Source: an uncultured Christensenella sp. (GTDB taxonomy: Bacteria > Bacillota > Clostridia > Christensenellales > UBA1242). Taken from it: a stretch of DNA of 61,769 nt. Where the stretch lies: assembly GCA_949294455.1 (NCBI GenBank), contig CASFHD010000004.1, positions 1 through 61,769 of the forward strand, in the 5' to 3' direction. Shown one piece after another: positions 60,501 to 61,769 of the stretch. Numbering within the stretch: position 1 is the stretch's first letter; each line of letters opens with the position of its first letter. Position numbers and translations under genes: made by a program. The notes beneath the pieces are model-generated. The model was not told the origin of the DNA, made no database searches, and saw nothing but the letters and a program-made list of their open reading frames with translations.

Positions 60501-60874
60501 TATTTATATTGTCAACTGATTTTGTTGCAAATAATATTATTGAAAACGGTGAAACTAATTCTTCTATTTCAGGAGATGTAAGAAAAATTATATACAACAT
60601 CGCAGATACTGATACTGCTTACACTAACAGATATCGTTATACTATAAATGGTCAAGATTTCTACACAAGATATTATTATGATTACAATTCTGGTAATACC
60701 AACATAGACATAGAAGAATTATTGCAAGAACAATTAAATGAAAATTTGAATTATACATTAATTTATGGTATGAATTCAGATAATCTCGAAAGTTTATCAT
60801 TAAACGAATTATTAGTAAGAAATGTTATCTTTGCAGAAGGACTAGTCTTCAATTTCGCAGGAAATATTTCTTAA
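42533..60874 (+). CDS. giant (~6,113 aa) surface lipoprotein with Ig-like segments and GLUG/beta-helix modules
   Basis: GAGGGG SD, signal MKKLGIAFLMLFTIISGVIFSAC (lipobox FSAC), dozens of (N/Y)VGG(I/L)(V/A/I)G motifs and an uninterrupted 18.3 kb frame. Confidence 0.85.
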   Translation: MKKLGIAFLMLFTIISGVIFSACKSDYDGMYLDISYKTFYYQDNTMNYDFDEYEDLDEDVFNFSLYEEVDGQTIDYVGVEFKVETKGSKKTSSVELWTRSNTNFEVVSTSYSNGATIIIVKFNNAGISVVDFTAKESDSCKRQVTFNVAYELESLTLKNLDSAPAMFIGSKIDLSEMNLFNFLGKDGQTAFSTDLYFELNSTNMREKNYNKNYLTSVSSDVNRLLLPGDVNADYITFTNDGELSVSSAYFEYSKQQTANNTPDNIVYWICFTVRPMVLNDITKEYEPSREISCDVNVLIVDSLDSAVLSYSNVSMSSTDGNIADEYILENDSIIDIFTGKQEDVFRTINTSDSSKVIDYTKAGIRVTPFNDDYNFIKPLSNISSGSVSLLEIFNYIDISYSYAENYIKVENGLASGSFKDYTITFGDAGFTDELQQITFKIKYTNLIFDKNVSNEQVVKDISLNVKLNKLLDGNSAINAYQVDELGNASVESIESFKLYDEYSNNSSLKIKFEKTPTDANLYDIYGNLLSNFQLLLTESSFNAINVLDSLGRLKNYYLINLNIGGRVESYYAFNVNFGETVSFTLKDNYTGSDEIFNLIMKYSKYPLNFCNENTPITESDIITETFSLRVVKTPTSLKIVNPLVSEEIGLSNVDLPIGNALRLKLLLEGGQEFELNGITISSKNGSLLFGTTNNINNYTDHLTIDSYEVGASYSFYVYANSELNDEQIIVNYPSGKSVSVMCNAVLTESRVDVENAEFIYTKQDIGYETTSNITLADNALGLALLKGGIITFNLPDDLNINTISTNVLGAGDINTQIQNYLPDAISLEMLSGNLNEFRVYGVRAGATAKIKVGISFYIVENGVAKLDEVYKYIEIAVYERVSNISISRTSDNSFVYYQDSLSPYTENLSNVDYLVDYNISSATRFVNFSGGQVEVFNMSFAVNYKSNDKSNVNFKVYYLGNIYNSNEIFGVLNPYASRDISLNVITKPDENLSRIRFVLTTTEFGKKLDERFIDTEVLEGVRVENILLNGVDYKIVSENGVNKIRYSEYINLNESKSFEALISNIDYATYPILGYTIQEYDGSDYIKFGYTSEQLEKYIAVDGSNYTINTVDNETGEILGGGIFVLTIGSLDSFDGSVYKNAVQIYIYISDGVNLPYFVDSLDDLKNISVASDKTFALIKDIDASELDSQICEEFSGNLLGYVNDVGTSTITQYKIHNLKLSESFISATSTANGSRLSMGIFGRNLGKISSITFEISSFNVDIENPTEVVSLGLICGVNEADGIIENSSVKLLCDALINLQADINTSDANISLFVGENYGLISSDYGKIIDSNNYQFVVNYYNQAGETRGINISTGALAGVNAGSILGAYDYTSSIKGSVYSLINLQANIKVSSYSGSISNVGNNVDLANFYTAGAVGINSGKISNICANVVANSYDFVGGFIGVNEGVESEAFNLYLLGAQLTSLNSSDSFVGGIAGKISSVQNFENNRVQLLKINGQNSFIQGALNVGGIAGLLENGNINFCYVERFYSDTYKNTDDSINLVGENYKYSIRNLSGFVANLAGIANGSNNITNSFINTSFYTDNASNIKTIPDGSNYSISKVYYSGNLPNVDLNGAYYTFESIEINSLTSSFDSKNYSGVIDSFVTQSNSDNIIQIHLNANNGLPIIAYEFDGNITYTNTVVPTSASAVTNDDKLFKENLQDNSLVEEIKNSNLLYNENHFTGIKLQDSEAVLFYYESDEIYNENAGFVKVQNELNKYYLVVDDSLILWKTEPDGASLSYEVNILSGENVADLGIDELGNYYIVLKRTGDVVLEISSIFNEDIKSTFIVHSSCGFTNLDLSLNNDNEPISTNNERVVLYVNQTKNLKPFIENVYNNFKFNSIEFNNLKLKIYAGNNVEITGNEFDYYNFDDIIGFTGVNFYEDGQYKDFSIIVEYYYLEDGNYYYLCSKEIDFRTYKTAISIELDVNKFETEPSEVVDFVVNFNTYYAVDESSYLYLDNQLENGEISYSSDALILSIMGSTDKDNELIFEILQKTNKSSVYDVFEVDYTVSKLGFTYSYQISLSLVDDFKIRYLVDQISFKLMFRALTDEDVKNDNLTIVYSPENLSTVRIEHYSSGTIVTNSNANNKVEYISGTTQSNVIVPGNSGLLKFYIEPSYSLVNDLVLRASYGQISGQRITFQQMIYDGTKYISLSHSSNYGFMSNGSYRLEKISSYDSTTNSYSYNGVIYVRTILNDAEGNNELYDIYLDIYKSNIYGNGSADETLTKTLISQYLPGVYISVSENSLYTSIDGNNYYILQRGAGANSNNASYIDVAVVGYELIGLPNYQIIGDNIYDKVYLVQSQEAVYDETSGRYNIRYSVFVRSDLFEKFSIKFSMELVKDGITYTQEKLVNFITTDYILDSINVTNLHSTINSSSTLFMNLNSLNGEIDLNEFLIDNQGVIDDNKVINFLKNFRLSNGDLSNYYVPQSQLQSALTDPNNANKEFLIYYDSISKTFRIYGRMISNFSVTVEVPYTFKFADDFKNYVELSFDVSGLSSYYVAETNFNITISTSTDENQPRAIYNAEQFMNMNAGGDYILMEDINLYGYSPISFNDSNVIFSLDGNNKVINIYSFDVSGKTNIGLFESLGQNSILKNVTVNIANLQTVNMSGVNSFNFGLLAGSNEGIIYNCEVISFDPNQNSKVDSVINILSQDSVSSSASHNLIGLLVGENLGNIINSRVGSSSFKKVTVSVNSLGANNTVENIISCGTITLNARGVVAGLVAVNSGIISSCYVANTTVNNLYELNNSYNMTAGLVAENSNNGKIIYSYVEGLQSSISQTSLRASTNKIYSYIGSVGAFVYTNSGTISDCYANIFVESNTQFVSGFAYINENSGKILQSYSVGNISSNSTSNQPFIGANLKNELNSFGEITDCYYLKLDSDKFSVIIDGSKPNAVELNSVNIQSSDSFNNFCFIDGIENSEQGVWTLKNSVLPKLVSANQIAVSVKYFYGGVSYFADDYAYGSSINPYIVRDVEEFNTYIAFDNETSATSKFFNGYIRLVDDIDFTGLDMETRTEMDMQGVIDGNGMTLSGLYIGPTQTSQSSIGLFSTITNGVVKNLNIEFDTIEEARGSSYVGGLAGIIDDSIILNVTLSGENKMLTGDNFVGGLAGLVRGESVLFNISSNLSVKATVRNLENYIRSGENNFAYEYLNEEDFNYQNFGFSYSGYNTYNEYLRNLSYAGGIAGVLDLDESPLNENAKRLQVYGNVQIVGVNAGGIAGYTSIDTSIKKGYVELSNGSFVLGVYSSGGIAGINYGDIYQSKVQYSDNDNFRERIREYEQNPSESNIEISNQRIVENAYYQDQVRIGSSSYYSLLLGSVYVGGVAGINFAGEIYNTLSSVVVYTDSEYLSGFVGLNIGGKFNYVYSNSLVKLTESNSFMGGMFAYIMSASNKKINIENGSYYSNSMKALEVYNKFYKNVDGNDDLSVDLYSVVSGIAYDNKLISLFNSNQSKSYKNLFVGYIDENVVFVNDSVNSSTDLDTNTFVTVYYKAEQNVITNISSVYNFNTYDSNLLNTKTDRSSEQKALFRRMFGNWPIEYWDINNQSKEIYFPPLLDKSINNYYEISSSEDMGLIGLYPDANFVVTNDITISAYNYVADVVFTGSIVGVEIEDASGVKRLPKITIDLSLSNFNGAKSITGAGFFKQTENAIIRNLDIEYIIKEVNSNQELRQYFGGISSMDIGSSFENLYVSFEFASGNSEITNVSFEQFGGLIANSTDSFITSCVVNIGSNENIQEIDFIKAGNNKNASFGGIVGHADSSIKLDENNENYDYVILSTQANLYIDLHIDAINSYVGGVVGDINNKVYLSSATASGKLNVYSVDNTNSNQISIGGIIGYAKNVVFDNIYISNLNISLNINSNKSSQFDKSIVVGGIVGEALNMQGENSYSKNSTITNKVSSNNSYIYGGLIGKISAQSSLKNSVSNIEIIDEYSKYLTAGGITGSNSTEVEYLNVFSNTLMSLKTVDTVEDSLNILVGGLIGNVLGNTTISDSISAGRINLETNSYQNVGKISVGGIIGVIENGKILVTRTITISVISTSQISKTYKQVDAVDVFVLNQDAVIGENLTSDYNIEVYYSSDYTLCDSNIGSNYSVDALLSKQFVASLEGFTNNYVGNEIVSIPYMSSIKNYLVLSDVMNEEGLFDLGSAMRPISINNQNRTNAITDSGFNYYYLKENLDDKFNCTFAFEGIILGNNKTINITNFNLFNGYMALIPEISNNSAISNITLTLNNDISLTQKTGLLVGVNNGNIYSCSVDFDGISLTSGSETAFVVHTNNGNISNSYSSAELKSGVGATSGFVYLNNNVIQNSYFNGYIGALNSSGFIFDNGENSYLENCYSAGVVQGLKQFGNIAEVNTVWKNVYFDKYATNSLSEENNTINIKGVYSVNLITLNNIDLGDEFTANIVENTSDGKFNNTYTIKNFGLNFGYPTIITTQYILKLDDETNSLKIVENTYFGGIESVVVKNETIDENESTIITVLINHLGTLDSVRMYENSGNFANAFTYLNTKYEINSNRSIKYNIIYDISATSDVGGLSGNWLSLGLENLKTDAGNINYKDYAFSSNNFNFTKDLSGFKYRKISNEISAIYNLSGQSLFNSISNSKISNINFGGTSNFSTDAGLIATNMISSSEIYNIKVLNNARINSSQAVGGNLGGLVGNMSNGLIYDITYLSNVTISATNGYIGAIVGYMSGGNIGKVEANTILSSIRIEDLKFDNNQNTLHGGIVGYLEDGNIYLADDINKTKINITAGSNVGGIAGIAKVQGVKNEYRDDGSWFGFKIENESIITIQGTDSLGGLYAKVEELTFTSNVSINATLNGVSNVGGIVGRIEDNSSMTTSSNITVEFTGSIGLNGFASTFRANFGGIVGLLSNSNLSAGESGAFVNNGSVGNQYEYTLVNIGGIVGQANGSSSVTNVTNKGNIYGLYNVGGIIGLSTGEESANINVEITNAINEGNVYGNLGFTDSGEEIVFATNIGGIVGRAYKSIFVDTQMKGRVELLTEFNGINTLKSVKNNFVVNNAISKQLNSELESGIGGFAGSLSDVQFSENNSILGEIDARNGVNVGAIAGYVYDLSTSIPTINTINVSGSYYIGGYFGKIGEGINLELMTFSGSINIMTTNYSANYVGGIIGYSKVDISGLYIDDTTSGQINIFNKNVSYAGGLIGCLEDANMVNLIVTDDDGHYLTTINNGYAVNKVIFADSDNLNYGGLVGVLRQTDENINSLTIEGEHYSQFTVDTIEVTGIKTTSSSMSSKQTDNNFILSATANYTLNTEFKISNSSNFTEDVINGGNPFYNGKNWSSDYTKFRRMQRIIDDEANDIYSLEEVFNFESVYDYDGTNTTLILDRYNADYIGQTGDRQDLIKYSGKIYSTENISEKPNTRNIWYYIKDSFKKFANSTLTDVDRINNYTNTGKASLINDYLNQNSSMSGVLSALNSRQIAYDSSGRILATTDNYIVLNDAEGNNLVYYFYSTSEPTDFGENEGNYILRNGVYYIYSGAYISDENSSESNFVSNVPTVNSSNMHELYYDENKVVYVYEFSEDFKDFVSDDPDDQIQVNSYYTLDLSDENQSAFEVQTYWQYMGVSNEFDSLETALNSVPIYKTLYNGLSENEKLYVEGKIFTSKVFYRYSDSINNTRPSRQVTENIYKDYNSYLDGEEPISTSTTAQYLTTSDYYKLGNYYYIYNKTDLVEQYNSYEELSNGNYKVTTYNSATEGLNKYKLWFASVDRYGKLYNQDNDSAINITNQILLQYLFTDESSNYNLPTIKINQYVGHVHNGYVVGAQRTPVLKDGYSGIYSYSKKSNNGFVQVTPVDDYEYEPIITFVEKLDYLKYGEGESQIYTLYFETSSTFIKYVNNSDMLIEKNDSKINTYISATTNGTDLTIFDGNGNENVITFYRGTGINGADQYSLNNSSVINDITDNFVQQYSNYYCINDGKTIPFVSSDETVLTFIKISGNRVFILSTDFVANNIIENGETNSSISGDVRKIIYNIADTDTAYTNRYRYTINGQDFYTRYYYDYNSGNTNIDIEELLQEQLNENLNYTLIYGMNSDNLESLSLNELLVRNVIFAEGLVFNFAGNIS

Positions 60875-60928
60875 TATTAAAACTAATAGATTATTGAATA
60901 ACTTAATATTTTGAATTTAATTGATTTT

Positions 60929-60963
60929 AAAAAGATACTGACTTTTTGCAGTATCTTTTTTTT
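60929..60963 (+). terminator. intrinsic terminator of the giant gene
   Basis: AAAAAGATACTG...CAGTATCTTTTT followed by a T-run. Confidence 0.8.
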
Positions 60964-61181
60964 AATCTCATTACTATCTTTATTGACAATCTTGCATTGA
61001 GTAAATAGTGTCTTTTAATAAATAATGTTTTAGTGTCTATTTAAATTTTAGTATTAATTAAAATTATTGAAATAATTAAATCAAAAACAATTATATTAAA
61101 ATGGTAAAATTAACTAATAATATATTAATACTAAATAAATGTAAAGTTGTTTATATTCCTATTTATATATATTTATAATAC

Positions 61182-61280
61182 AATTATCTATAAAGTAATG
61201 TTAACCCAAACATCAATCAAAAAAATTAGAGAATTATCTATAAAGCAATGTTAACTTAAATATTAATCAAAAAAATAGAG
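61182..61280. repeat. imperfect tandem duplication (~50 bp x2)
   Basis: AATTATCTATAAAG(T/C)AATGTTAAC..AAA.AT.AATCAAAAAAAT(T)AGAG at 61182-61231 and 61232-61280. Confidence 0.8.
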
Positions 61281-61717
61281 ATTGTTATTTTAACGAAACA
61301 TTAAAAAAGCCTTATTGTATTATTATTTTAACTAAAATGATAATGAAAAGTTTTATTTGAATAATATCAACAAAAGAATTAAAGACTTATAAAAAATAAT
61401 TTAATTTTTGAGATATGATTTACAGTTTTTAAAAATTTAACATAAGCATAGAGTAAATGAATAGATTTTACAGTCGATGAATAAATTTTATTAGTTAATA
61501 TCAAAAATTTTGCTAATTATTTGTAATACATTGCAAATTACTGACAATATGTTGATAATTATCCTGTAGTACATTTTAATCTTATGAAAATAAGTTGTAT
61601 ATAAAATTTTCAGTATTGGATTAAGGTTAACCTTTATAGGTTATAGGTTTAAAATTCTAATTAAAAAACTTTTTAAAAAAAATTTGTCAAAATTTAAAAA
61701 AAACTTTTTAAAAACTG

Positions 61718-61746
61718 TTGACACAAATTTATTCTTGTGGTAATAT
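61718..61746 (+). promoter_or_regulatory. strong sigma-A promoter at window end (possibly for a stable-RNA operon)
   Basis: A-tract UP-like region, TTGACA-17 nt-TAATAT with extended TG, then GC-richer sequence running off the window. Confidence 0.6.
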
Positions 61747-61769
61747 TACCTTGCAACGTCAATGACGGG

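Noticed and set aside
885-60600. Short antisense or nested ORFs in the track (e.g. 3033-3341, 21033-21377, 22340-22690, 44296-44616, 55153-55476)
   Set aside because: They are shadow frames overlapping well-supported genes, with no SD or motif support.
42533-60874. Giant ORF as NRPS/PKS, RTX/MARTX or Rhs toxin, or a DGR target
   Set aside because: No such catalytic or repeat motifs, no reverse transcriptase and no template/variable repeat pair were seen.
61182-61280. Tandem repeat as a CRISPR array
   Set aside because: Only two directly adjacent copies, no spacers and no cas genes.

Overview
A 61.8 kb chromosomal window from a very AT-rich (roughly 25% GC by eye) anaerobic Firmicute, probably an uncultured, genome-reduced Clostridia lineage (inference). 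The first ~42 kb hold housekeeping and envelope genes (pfkA, greA, an inositol monophosphatase, an NfeD/SPFH pair, PHP-whiA-dnaE, murB, uvrC, degV, uppP, ychF, pflB/pflA, an LTA-synthase-family enzyme, an acyltransferase, a GT2 and ttcA), two tRNAs (Leu-AAG, Asn-GTT) and several orphans. The last ~18.3 kb are one gene for a ~6,100-aa lipoprotein built from Ig-like segments and about six GLUG/beta-helix modules. I found no CRISPR array, integrase, transposase or prophage. The most unusual items are: the giant lipoprotein; a 3-TM coiled-coil protein with five AT-hooks; an unassigned structured RNA candidate in the leader of a rare A34 tRNA-Leu(AAG); a divergent Spo0A-like protein; a terminator in the greA leader; several apparently leaderless genes; and a decayed transglutaminase-like gene between pflB and pflA. 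All family assignments come from motif recognition, not database searches.
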